This document shows, in pieces, positions 1 to 8,069 of a stretch of DNA of 10,960 nt; position 1 is the stretch's first letter, and the number at the start of each line of letters is the position of its first letter. Under the pieces are notes generated by a model that ran no database searches, was not told where the DNA came from, and saw nothing but the letters and a program-made list of their open reading frames with translations. Made by a program: the position numbers and the translations under genes. Source of the stretch: Candidatus Eiseniibacteriota bacterium (lineage in GTDB: Bacteria > Eisenbacteria > RBG-16-71-46); the NCBI GenBank assembly GCA_031366795.1, contig JANLOX010000129.1, positions 1 to 10,960 of the forward strand, read 5' to 3'.

Positions 1-346
1 ACCAGCCGAGGCCACCGCCGGCGTACACCATCGGGAGCGGTGAAGCCCACGCGGATGCCATGACCGGCCACTGGCGCACCTTGATATCACCACCGCTACC
101 GAATGAGTCCTGCCGATAACCGATTGATCCCTCGACCTTCAAGAACGGAAGCAGCGGGACACGCAGCGCGAGCCCGCCGAAGGCCTTGGCATTCCCTGCG
201 TTGGCGTCAGTAGACTTGGTGGCACCGAGGGAGGGAATGATTTCGATTGCGTGTGCGCGGCTGGCGGCCGAGGTTACGAGCACTGTGAGGACGCACACAC
301 CCACGATTTGCCGTGCCACGAATGCGTGGCGATGCTTGTTGGTCAT
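1..346 (-). CDS. Outer-membrane beta-barrel protein (OmpA/OmpW-like small barrel), partial, 3' end outside the window
   Basis: Hand-translated; absent from the ORF track because it has no stop in the window. ATG at 346 with SD AAGGAG at 357-352. MTNKHRHAFVARQIVGVCVLTVLVTSAASRAHA is a signal peptide ending in AHA, followed by IEIIPSLGATK...FGGLALRVPLLPFLKVEGSIGYRQD...VRQWPVMASAWASPLPMVYAGGGLGW. The strands alternate hydrophobic/polar and include the YAGGGLG motif typical of small OMP barrels. Confidence 0.85.
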   Translation of the reverse strand, partial: MTNKHRHAFVARQIVGVCVLTVLVTSAASRAHAIEIIPSLGATKSTDANAGNAKAFGGLALRVPLLPFLKVEGSIGYRQDSFGSGGDIKVRQWPVMASAWASPLPMVYAGGGLGW

Positions 347-476
347 GAAGGCTCCTTTGCTTCCCTGCGGAACGTTTGCCATCGCGGTGGATGCCGCATG
401 AACTTCGCCTGGCGAACGGCGGTGAGCGCGGCGTCGCCTGATCCGGCGTTCACGCGCCCACTGCGCATGGGGTCAG

Positions 477-493
477 CGCATGATCTGGGCCAG
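477..493 (-). promoter_or_regulatory. Candidate sigma-54 (-24/-12) promoter for the beta-barrel gene
   Basis: Minus strand reads CTGGCCCAGATCATGCG, i.e. TGGC with GG-N10-GC spacing and TGC at -12. It is intergenic, about 130 nt upstream of the ATG at 346, and an imperfect match to TGGCACG-N4-TTGC. Confidence 0.35.
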
Positions 494-597
494 CGGCGGG
501 GAGCCGCGGAGGGATCACCTAAGCTATTGCGGGGACATAAGGTGCAACGCTCTGCCAGCGGCCTGGGGACGCCCGGTAAGACGCGGGCGAGGCGGCA

Positions 598-626
598 GGA
601 ACTTCAAACTGAGGCGGGAACTTCAA
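598..626. repeat. Direct repeat GGAACTTCAA x2 (598-607, 617-626)
   Basis: Exact 10-mer repeated at a 19-nt period. Each copy is preceded by GAGGCG(G). Intergenic, just downstream of the kinase stop codon. Confidence 0.7.
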
Positions 627-649
627 CGCAGGGGCGTGCCCCGCAGCCG

Positions 650-2533
650 CTACAGCACCGGCGTGCGCAGCTCCGTCCCGCCACGCTTCACGAGGCTATC
701 CACCACCGCGATCAGTTCATTGGGATCGGCGGGCTTCGACAGGTACATCTGGAATCCCGCGCCGAGGATGCTGACCCGGTCCTCGATCTTGGCGTACGCA
801 GTCAGCGCTACCGCGGGGACTTGCCCCCCGTCCTCGGGCCGGCGTGCGCGAACCTTCCGGATCAGGGAGTAGCCGTCCTCACCCGGCATGGCGATGTCGG
901 AGACCAGCACGTCGGGCCGCCATGCATCGAACACGTCCAGCGCCTCTTTGCACGAGCCCGCCACGCGCGCTTGCGCGCCGCAAGCGTTGAACATCACCAT
1001 GAGCGCTTCGCTCGCACTGGGTTCATCATCTACCACCAGCACGCGAATGCCATCCAACTGGGCCGGGTACAGATTCGCGAGCGAATCCCTCGCGATGGGG
1101 TGCCGGCTCGGCGCGTGGGCGGCGGGTTCCACCGTCGCCAGGAGCGGAAACTCCACGACGAACTTCGACCCTTGGCCTGCCCCTTCGCTGGCGGCGGTGA
1201 TCTCGCCGCCGTGCAATTCGACGATATGCCGGACGATCGATAGCCCCAATCCCAGGCCGCTGTGCCGTCGCATCGGCCCACCCGTGCCCTGGCGGAACGG
1301 CTCGAAGACGTGCGGCAGGAAGTCCGCATCGATGCCGATGCCCGTGTCCCTGACCACGATCTCCACATGCGACTCAACGCGCTGGAGCACCACCTGCACG
1401 GTGCCGCCCTTCCCCGTGAATTTGATGGCGTTGGACATCAGGTTCCACATCACCTGCTGGAGACGTTCGGAGTCGCCGGAAATCCGTCCCGCACGCTCGT
1501 CGAGTACCAACTGCATGCGGATCTGCTTGGCCTCCGCCGCCGGCTGCTGCGACTCCGCAGCGACCTTGATGATCGGCATCAAGTCGAGCGGCCGGACATC
1601 CAACCGGAACTTCCCGGCGACAACACGGGACACGTCCACCAGATCGTCGATGAGCTGTGCCTGCGACAGCACATTGCGTTCGATGACCTCGAGCGCGCGT
1701 TGCGTCTTGGCTTCGTCGAGCGTGCCGCTGCGCAGCAGCTGGGTCCAGGTGAGGATCGGCGCCAGCGGATTGCGCAATTCGTGTGAGACCGTCGCGAGGA
1801 ACTCGTCTTTGAGATGGCTGGCCGCCTCCACTTCAGTCAGCGTGGCCCGCGCCTCGCTTTGCTCACTCTGCGCCGTGGCCAGCGCGACCGTCTGCTTCAG
1901 GTAGCTGCGATTGAGCACCGCGATGAGCACGAGGCACAGGAACACGAGCAGCAGGATCGTCGCGATGGTGACGATCACGACAGCATCCTCGGCGCGGTTC
2001 ACTGCCGTGCGGGACGCGGCCAGGCTGCGATCGCTCGTCGCTTCGACCCGCTGCACAAGCGCGGTCAACGACTGGTCGAACCGGGCACCACGCTCGAGGA
2101 CACCCTCCAGCGACGGGATCGACATCGGAACAGCGGTACTGCGAGCGGCATTCAATTCGCGCTCAAATGCTTCCTCATGGGTGCGCTCCACGTTCAGGAC
2201 CCGGTCGAGCAACAAACGGACCTCGGGATCCCCCACGCGGGAGCGCAAAACGGCGGCCAGTTCCCGCACCCGCGAGCTTCCGGCCCGTGCCGCGGACTCG
2301 AACGAGACGCTGCGAGTGAGCAAGCAGGCCCGCACATCGGCAATCTTCTTGATCCCCGAGAGCTGGAGGTTCTTGGCGTCCTGAAGATCCTGGCCCACCC
2401 CATTGGAGAGCACGTCCGTGTTGACGATCAGCACCCTTGAGGCGAACAGGGATGCGGCGCTCGTCAGGATCGCCAGCAAGCAAATCGCGATGACACCGGT
2501 GATCAGCTTGCGCTGGAATGTCCATTCTGGCAC
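650..2533 (-). CDS. Membrane-bound hybrid sensor histidine kinase/response regulator (2 TM, periplasmic helical-bundle sensor, HisKA, HATPase_c, REC)
   Basis: 627 aa, GTG start with AAGGTGAGG upstream. Hydrophobic segments at about aa 10-30 and 184-207. H-box EFLATVSHELRNPL, N-box QVMWNLMSNAIKF, G1 DTGIGI, F-box FEPF, G2 GLGLGL. Receiver domain VLVVDDE...SDIAMPGEDG...ALTA...KP. Confidence 0.96.
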   Translation of the reverse strand: MPEWTFQRKLITGVIAICLLAILTSAASLFASRVLIVNTDVLSNGVGQDLQDAKNLQLSGIKKIADVRACLLTRSVSFESAARAGSSRVRELAAVLRSRVGDPEVRLLLDRVLNVERTHEEAFERELNAARSTAVPMSIPSLEGVLERGARFDQSLTALVQRVEATSDRSLAASRTAVNRAEDAVVIVTIATILLLVFLCLVLIAVLNRSYLKQTVALATAQSEQSEARATLTEVEAASHLKDEFLATVSHELRNPLAPILTWTQLLRSGTLDEAKTQRALEVIERNVLSQAQLIDDLVDVSRVVAGKFRLDVRPLDLMPIIKVAAESQQPAAEAKQIRMQLVLDERAGRISGDSERLQQVMWNLMSNAIKFTGKGGTVQVVLQRVESHVEIVVRDTGIGIDADFLPHVFEPFRQGTGGPMRRHSGLGLGLSIVRHIVELHGGEITAASEGAGQGSKFVVEFPLLATVEPAAHAPSRHPIARDSLANLYPAQLDGIRVLVVDDEPSASEALMVMFNACGAQARVAGSCKEALDVFDAWRPDVLVSDIAMPGEDGYSLIRKVRARRPEDGGQVPAVALTAYAKIEDRVSILGAGFQMYLSKPADPNELIAVVDSLVKRGGTELRTPVL

Positions 2534-2736
2534 GACGGATCCTCACCTTTTGACGGTGCTTCGCCCTGACACGCGCATGACTGAATGCTGTCCTTCACTC
2601 CATGGTCCCACAGCAGCGGCAGATCCGATGCGGCCTCAATTGTGGCCGTGCAGTGAGCGCACCGCTCGAACTCGCGGGAACGCGCTCCCTCCTCAGCGTT
2701 CATTCGTTGCAGAGCATGGTTATGGAAGGCTTCGGG

Positions 2737-3243
2737 CTAGTGACGCTTGCCGTTCCCGTGGTGCTTGCCATTGTCGTGGCCGTTGTCGTCACCCTTCCCT
2801 TTGCCATAGCCATGGCCGCGGTCATTGCCACGTCGGCCATATCGCGAGTTCCCGTGCTCGTCGGTCCAGGCCGCAGGGTAGTTCCGCCAGTGGTCACGCG
2901 GCACCCGGGTGAACTGGCTCGGGACGTAACGATCCTCGATCCACATGAATTCACCGCGATCCCGCCGGGAGCGGTACCACCGATCATTGCAGTAAGCGTA
3001 ATAGTTACCGCCGTAGCGGAACATGTCGTATTCCGGGCGTTGGTCCCCGCTGATCTCCCGTATGTTCGTGCCGCGAATCGTCCGCCACCGCGGTGCTGAC
3101 CCGAAGTTAATCTGCAAGCTCGCGGCCGTACCCGAGGCCATCTGATCGTGACGATTCTGTGCTTGCGCCGCAACGGTGATGGCGAGCGCCAAGCTCAGCG
3201 CAAATGACGGTGCCAAGAGCCGTGCCATTGTGGATCTGCTCAT
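2737..3243 (-). CDS. Secreted hypothetical protein (168 aa) with Trp/Tyr/Arg-rich core and Gly/His/Asn/Lys low-complexity tail
   Basis: Start reassigned from 3312 to ATG 3243, which has SD GGAGG (tggaggattcttc-ATG). Signal peptide MSRSTMARLLAPSFALSLALAITVAAQA. Core PRWRTIRGT...DMFRYGGNYYAYCNDRWYRS...VPSQFTRVP. Tail GHGYGKGKGDDNGHDNGKHHGNGKRH. Confidence 0.85.
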   Translation of the reverse strand: MSRSTMARLLAPSFALSLALAITVAAQAQNRHDQMASGTAASLQINFGSAPRWRTIRGTNIREISGDQRPEYDMFRYGGNYYAYCNDRWYRSRRDRGEFMWIEDRYVPSQFTRVPRDHWRNYPAAWTDEHGNSRYGRRGNDRGHGYGKGKGDDNGHDNGKHHGNGKRH

Positions 3244-3348
3244 GAAGAATCCTCCAGTGAACGGCCTCACGAAATGGGTGAACGCGAAAGGCTGCGATCG
3301 AGTGGTGCGCACCTGGCAGGAGCGAAAGATCGTTCCGCGGCAGAATCA

Positions 3349-3364
3349 CGCGAGAAGCATGCCA
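3349..3364 (-). promoter_or_regulatory. Candidate sigma-54 (-24/-12) promoter for the small secreted protein
   Basis: Minus strand reads TGGCATG-CTTC-TCGCG, a good match to TGGCAYR-N4-TTGCW with exact GG-N10-GC spacing. Predicted start near 3338, about 95 nt before the ATG, directly downstream of a sigma-54 activator gene. Confidence 0.55.
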
Positions 3365-3565
3365 CGCGCAGCAGTACCCGGGGTGCGGGGCAAGTGCCGC
3401 ATGAGCGGCGCATTCTGGGCGGCGGCGCCGGCGAAGCCCGCGGCAACGGGGCGCGTGTGGATATTCGTGGGGCCACTCTGCAACAACTACAAGGATTCGG
3501 CACCCAATGTACAAGGCAGAAGGACCGCCGCCGCGCGTCGTGCTCCATGGCGGCGCAACGGAGCG

Positions 3566-4900
3566 CTACTTCGCGGCGTAAAGATTCAGCCGATTATAGA
3601 GCGTCTTGAGGCTGACTCCGAGGATCTGTGCCGCCTGCTTCTTGTCGCCCGCGCATTGGTCGAGCGTCGCCAGGATCAGGGATCGCTCGGATTCCTCGAG
3701 CGATCCTCCGACGGCCACAGGCGCGGTCTTACCCACCGTCAGGGGGCCGCTGCCGGGGACCAGGTGCGGCATCTCGATCACGTTGTCGTACATGATGAAG
3801 GCGCGCTGGATCTCGTTCTTGAGCTCGCGCACATTGCCGCGCCATGAATGACCCTCGACGCGATCGCGCGCCGCGGCGCTCAACCGCTTGGACGTCCCTT
3901 CGGCTGCGTTGAGCGATTCGAGGAATTGCTCAGCCAGCAGCAGCGCATCACCGGTGCGCTCGCGCAGCGGCGGCAGCACGATCGGGAACACGTTGATCCT
4001 GTAGTAGAGATCCTCGCGCAGCTTGCCCTGGGCGACGGCCTCGAGGGGCACGCGATTGCACGCCGTGATCAGCCGCACATTGACAGGAATCGGCACCTCA
4101 CCGCCCACTCGCACCAGCACGCCGGACTCGATGACCCGCAGCAGTTTGGTCTGTAACTCGATGGGCATCTCGGTGACCTCATCGAGGAACAGCGTCCCCC
4201 CGGCCGCGCGCTCGAAGCAGCCGCGCCGCATCTGGGTGGCTCCCGTGAAACTCCCGCGCTCGTGACCGAACAGTTCACTCTCGATCAACGTCTGCGGGAT
4301 CGAACTGCAATCGAGCGGCAGGAAGGGCTTGCGCACGCGACCGCTGAGCTCGTAGATCGATTGCGCGACGAGTTCCTTGCCGGTTCCACTCTCGCCGGTG
4401 ATGAACACCGTGGCGTCCGTCGGCGCGACCTTGGTGACCAGGTCGTAGACCCTCTGCATGGCGGGTGAGCCACCCGTCAGCTTGCCGAAGCGGCCGAACT
4501 TGCGCAGCTCGCCACGCAGCGAGCCGACTTCCTCGTTGAGCGTGCGCAGACGCGTGACGTGCGCCAGCACCGCCTTCAACCGACGGTTGTCGAGCGGCTT
4601 CGTCAGGTAATCGAGCGCACCGAGCCGCAGCGCCACGATCGCGGAATCGACGGTGGCCATGCCCGAGACGAGGATGACATCCGCACGGGATGTCTCCTTG
4701 ATCTCACGCAGCAGGTCGATCCCGTTTCCGTCGGGGAGCATGAAATCGATCACGACGAGATCCGCCGGGAGGGCTGCGAGTTGCTCGCGAGCGTCCTGCA
4801 GGGAGCGGGCACCAGAAACGGCAAACCCCTCCTGTGTAGCGATCTCCGAAATTCCCTCGAGAAAATCGGCGTCATCATCTACGAACAGTGCCCGGAGCAT
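3566..4900 (-). CDS. Sigma-54-dependent two-component response regulator (NtrC/AtoC family; REC-AAA+-Fis HTH)
   Basis: 444 aa. Receiver ALFVDDD...IDFMLPDG...KP, Walker [24 protein letters not shown], Walker [26 protein letters not shown], and C-terminal [22 protein letters not shown]. Confidence 0.97.
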   Translation of the reverse strand: MLRALFVDDDADFLEGISEIATQEGFAVSGARSLQDAREQLAALPADLVVIDFMLPDGNGIDLLREIKETSRADVILVSGMATVDSAIVALRLGALDYLTKPLDNRRLKAVLAHVTRLRTLNEEVGSLRGELRKFGRFGKLTGGSPAMQRVYDLVTKVAPTDATVFITGESGTGKELVAQSIYELSGRVRKPFLPLDCSSIPQTLIESELFGHERGSFTGATQMRRGCFERAAGGTLFLDEVTEMPIELQTKLLRVIESGVLVRVGGEVPIPVNVRLITACNRVPLEAVAQGKLREDLYYRINVFPIVLPPLRERTGDALLLAEQFLESLNAAEGTSKRLSAAARDRVEGHSWRGNVRELKNEIQRAFIMYDNVIEMPHLVPGSGPLTVGKTAPVAVGGSLEESERSLILATLDQCAGDKKQAAQILGVSLKTLYNRLNLYAAK

Positions 4901-5248
4901 TAGGTTGTCCCTTCAGTGGCAATCTAAAGTAAGACACTACCACAGCGGGCGGTTGCGCCTGCCGCCCCGGTGCCGGTGGGTTAGAATCGACTAGCAAGGC
5001 GCTATTTGGCAAGTATTACAATTCCGATCTGCCCTTTCGCGGGGATATTGACCCGATCGACTCGCAGCACGTACCAGAGGAAGGATTCCATGAACGACTC
5101 AAACCATTGCGGCATAGCTACTTGGAGCCAGATGCAAAATCATTTAAACCCTTGTTCCCTATTATCAAGCGTCCTGCCGCGATTCTTGCGTAGGTCCTCA
5201 ACTGGATAAGCACGCTTCGGAACCCATCTGCGCCGCACAAGGGTCATC

Positions 5249-7975
5249 ATGACGCGCCTGTTTCACGCCTTCGCCGAACCGCACGGACCGCCGCAATGCA
5301 CCCGAATCCAGCTGCAGTGCGCCCTCGGAGTGGTCGTGCTTTGCCTCGGTCTAATGCTCGCCGACGGGACGGCTGGCGCCCAAAACGCGACCGTGACCGA
5401 GAACCAACTGCCCGGCACGCCGCCCGCGACATGGGACATCTCCGGCATCGGCGATCCCTCGATCCAGGGCTTCGCCACCGACATCAGCTACAACCGTGGC
5501 GACGTCGCCCGCTTCAAGATCAAGACGAACGCCAGCGCCTACACCGTCGACATCTACCGCCTGGGCTACTACCAGGGGAACGGTGCGCGACGGGTGAGCG
5601 CCGGCGTCGTCACGGCCACGCTCCCCCAGACGCAGCCCACAGATTTGACCGACGTCGCGACCGGCCTGGTGGATTGCGGGAACTGGGCCGAGTCGGCGCA
5701 CTGGAGCATCCCCGTGAACGCCGTCTCCGGGATCTACATCGCGCGCCTAAAGCGCACCGACACGCAGGGCGCCAGTCATATCGTGTTCATCGTCCGCGCC
5801 GATTCGAGCCGTTCGGATCTACTGTTCCAGACCTCCGATGCGACGTGGCAGGCCTATAACAGCTACGGCGGCAACACGCTCTACATCGGCAACACATCCA
5901 ACCCCGGCGGCCATGCTTCGAAAGTGAGCTACAACCGCCCCATGTACCTGCGCGCGGGCGGCGGCGGCTCGGCGTTCGTCGGCGATGGATTGTTCAACGC
6001 GGAGTACCCGATGGTGCGCTGGCTCGAGGCCAACGGTTACGACGTCAGCTACACCACCAACGTCGACACCGATCGCCGCGGCGCGCTGATCCTGCGGCAC
6101 AAGGCATTCCTGTCCGTGGCGCACGACGAGTACTGGTCGGCGGGACAGCGCGCGAACGTGACCGCGGCGCGAAACGCCGGCGTCCACCTGGCATTCTTCA
6201 GCGGCAACGAGGTCTACTGGAAGACACGCTGGGAGGCGAGCATCGACGGCAGTGGCACGGCCTACCGCACGCTCGTCTGCTACAAAGAGGGCACGCTCGG
6301 CGACAATTCCTGCGGGGGCAAGTGCGATCCGGTCGCGGCGACGTGGACCGGTTTGTGGCGCGATGGTTGTTCGTTCACGCCACCCGCCGACGGGTGCGTG
6401 CCGGAGAATACCCTGACCGGCCAGATGAGCTGGGCCGTCTCCAACGGCACCATTCGGGTCCCTGCCACCTACAAGTACCTGCGCTTCTGGAGAAACACGA
6501 GCGTCGCGGCCCTCACGAGTGGCCAGCACGCCACATTGACTCCCAATTCCCTCGGTTATGAATGGGACTGGGAGCAATACCCGGACTCCTACCCGGCCGG
6601 ACGCATACTTTTGTCCGAGACATTCCTCAATGGCCACACGCATCACCTGTCCCTCTACCGTCACCCGAGCGGCGCGCTGGTGTTTGGCGCCGGCACCGTG
6701 CAGTGGTCGTGGGGCCTCGACGGTGTGCATGAGCGCGGCGGTTCGATCCCCAGCACGGACATGCGACAGGCGACCGTGAACCTGTTCGCGGACATGGGGG
6801 TTCAGCCCGCAACCTTGCAACCCGGCCTCGTCCCGGCGACGGCATCCACCGACGCAACCGCTCCCGTCTCCACCATCACCTACCCGGCTTCGGGCGCCCA
6901 ACTGCCGGAAAACAACACGGTCACCATCATGGGTACGGCCTCGGATTTGAGCGGCGCGGTGGCGGGCGTCGAGGTTTCCGTTGATGGCGGCACGACGTGG
7001 CGTCCTGCCGTCGGCACCGCGGGCTGGACCTATACCTGGACACCTACCGCCCTGGGCGCCGCAACGATCAAGTGCCGCGGCTTTGACGACAGCGGAAACA
7101 TGGAGCAGGCGGGCAGCCCGCCCGTGGCAAATGCGGTCTCGGTCAACTCGGTCGCGCCGGCGTCCCCGACCTACCCGTGCTCGATCTTCCCGGCCGACGC
7201 GCCCGCGGTGGGCAGTGTCAGCAATGACGGCTCGGGGATTGAAGTCGGCTTGAAGTTCCGCACCACCGTCGACGGCTACGTCACGGGTGTGCGGTTCTGG
7301 AAAAACGCGGGTGACTTCGGAACCTACACCGGGCACTTGTGGTCCGGGGCCGGCACCTTGCTCGCCGAGGGGCCATTCGCTATTGATACGACCGCAGGTT
7401 GGAAGCAGGCCGTTTTCGGCACACCGGTCGCGATCATGGCAGGGCAGTTCTATGTCGCGTCGAGCCACAACCCCGCGGGCTGGTACTCGGAGACCCACCC
7501 GTACTTCGCGAACGCGTTCGTCCATGCGCCGCTGCAGGTGCTGGCAGATGGCGAGCACGGGCCGAACGGCATATTCGCCTATTCGGCCATCCCCGTGTTC
7601 CCGAACCAATCCTTCCTTGCGACCAACTACTGGGTCGACGTGGTGTTCTACGCCGCCTCGTCGCTTGGCGCCCCGGCGAACGACGGCCCACCCGCCGCTT
7701 TTGCTCTGTACGGCGGCGCACCCAATCCCTTCACGCGCTCAACGGTGCTGGCGTTTGACCTACCGCGCGCGGCGCAGGTGCGGCTCGAGGTGTTCGATGT
7801 GAACGGCCGGCGCGTGCGCACCCTGCTGTCCGAGCCCAAGTCCGCGGGACGGCATTCCGTGGTGTGGGACGGCAGGGATGATCGCGGCTCGATCGCCCCC
7901 GCGGGGGTTTACTTGACCCGCGCGCAGACCGGCTCGCTCCAGACCGGCGTGAGGCGATTGGTGCGGTTGCCCTGA
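5249..7975 (+). CDS. Secreted multidomain protein: N,N-dimethylformamidase beta-subunit-like (DUF6605), bacterial Ig-like, DUF4082, and FlgD-Ig/T9SS type-A-like C-terminal domain
   Basis: 908 aa. Hydrophobic signal ending AGA|QN. Motifs SDATWQAYN, VSYNRP, EYPMVRWLEANGYDVSY, AHDEYWS and VFGAGTVQW. Ig-like GVEVSVDGGTTW. DUF4082 EVGLKF...VTGVRFWK...NYWVDVVF. Tail PNPF...VFDVNGRRVRTL...WDGRD...GVY. The exact start is uncertain because there is no clear SD. Confidence 0.92.
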   Translation: MTRLFHAFAEPHGPPQCTRIQLQCALGVVVLCLGLMLADGTAGAQNATVTENQLPGTPPATWDISGIGDPSIQGFATDISYNRGDVARFKIKTNASAYTVDIYRLGYYQGNGARRVSAGVVTATLPQTQPTDLTDVATGLVDCGNWAESAHWSIPVNAVSGIYIARLKRTDTQGASHIVFIVRADSSRSDLLFQTSDATWQAYNSYGGNTLYIGNTSNPGGHASKVSYNRPMYLRAGGGGSAFVGDGLFNAEYPMVRWLEANGYDVSYTTNVDTDRRGALILRHKAFLSVAHDEYWSAGQRANVTAARNAGVHLAFFSGNEVYWKTRWEASIDGSGTAYRTLVCYKEGTLGDNSCGGKCDPVAATWTGLWRDGCSFTPPADGCVPENTLTGQMSWAVSNGTIRVPATYKYLRFWRNTSVAALTSGQHATLTPNSLGYEWDWEQYPDSYPAGRILLSETFLNGHTHHLSLYRHPSGALVFGAGTVQWSWGLDGVHERGGSIPSTDMRQATVNLFADMGVQPATLQPGLVPATASTDATAPVSTITYPASGAQLPENNTVTIMGTASDLSGAVAGVEVSVDGGTTWRPAVGTAGWTYTWTPTALGAATIKCRGFDDSGNMEQAGSPPVANAVSVNSVAPASPTYPCSIFPADAPAVGSVSNDGSGIEVGLKFRTTVDGYVTGVRFWKNAGDFGTYTGHLWSGAGTLLAEGPFAIDTTAGWKQAVFGTPVAIMAGQFYVASSHNPAGWYSETHPYFANAFVHAPLQVLADGEHGPNGIFAYSAIPVFPNQSFLATNYWVDVVFYAASSLGAPANDGPPAAFALYGGAPNPFTRSTVLAFDLPRAAQVRLEVFDVNGRRVRTLLSEPKSAGRHSVVWDGRDDRGSIAPAGVYLTRAQTGSLQTGVRRLVRLP

Positions 7976-8040
7976 GGTCATCGTTTCGGTGATCCGCGAG
8001 CCGCGGGGCCCGCCCGGTAGACGAGGCCACAGGCTTTCCC

Positions 8041-8069
8041 TTGACACAGATTGCCCGGCGAGCCAACTT
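8041..8069 (+). promoter_or_regulatory. Candidate sigma-70 promoter for the beta-barrel gene
   Basis: Perfect TTGACA at 8041-8046, 17-nt spacer, weak -10 CAACTT at 8064-8069. About 75-100 nt upstream of the ATG at 8143. Confidence 0.35.

Noticed and set aside
366..381. Second sigma-54-like motif TGGCAAACGTTCCGCA on the minus strand before the barrel gene
   Set aside because: The predicted +1 (about 355) would fall inside the SD at 357-352. The 493-477 motif fits better, though this one is not strictly excluded.
404..416. Palindrome TTCGCC-T-GGCGAA in the barrel leader
   Set aside because: Short, single-copy and GC-rich, so compatible with chance.
2503..2703. 66-aa Cys-containing ORF with CAHC between the secreted protein and the kinase
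   Set aside because: No SD, overlaps the kinase start, has atypical codons and only one CxxC. More likely regulatory DNA.
4240..4257. GSFTGA in place of GAFTGA in the activator
   Set aside because: A common functional variant in sigma-54 activators, with the key F and T retained. Not evidence of sigma-54 independence.
5819..7609. 596-aa antisense ORF, and other long overlapping ORFs such as 251-1243, 888-1904, 3176-3847 and 9130-9924
   Set aside because: Shadow frames of well-supported genes in high-GC DNA, rich in Arg/Gly/Ala/Ser with no recognisable motifs.
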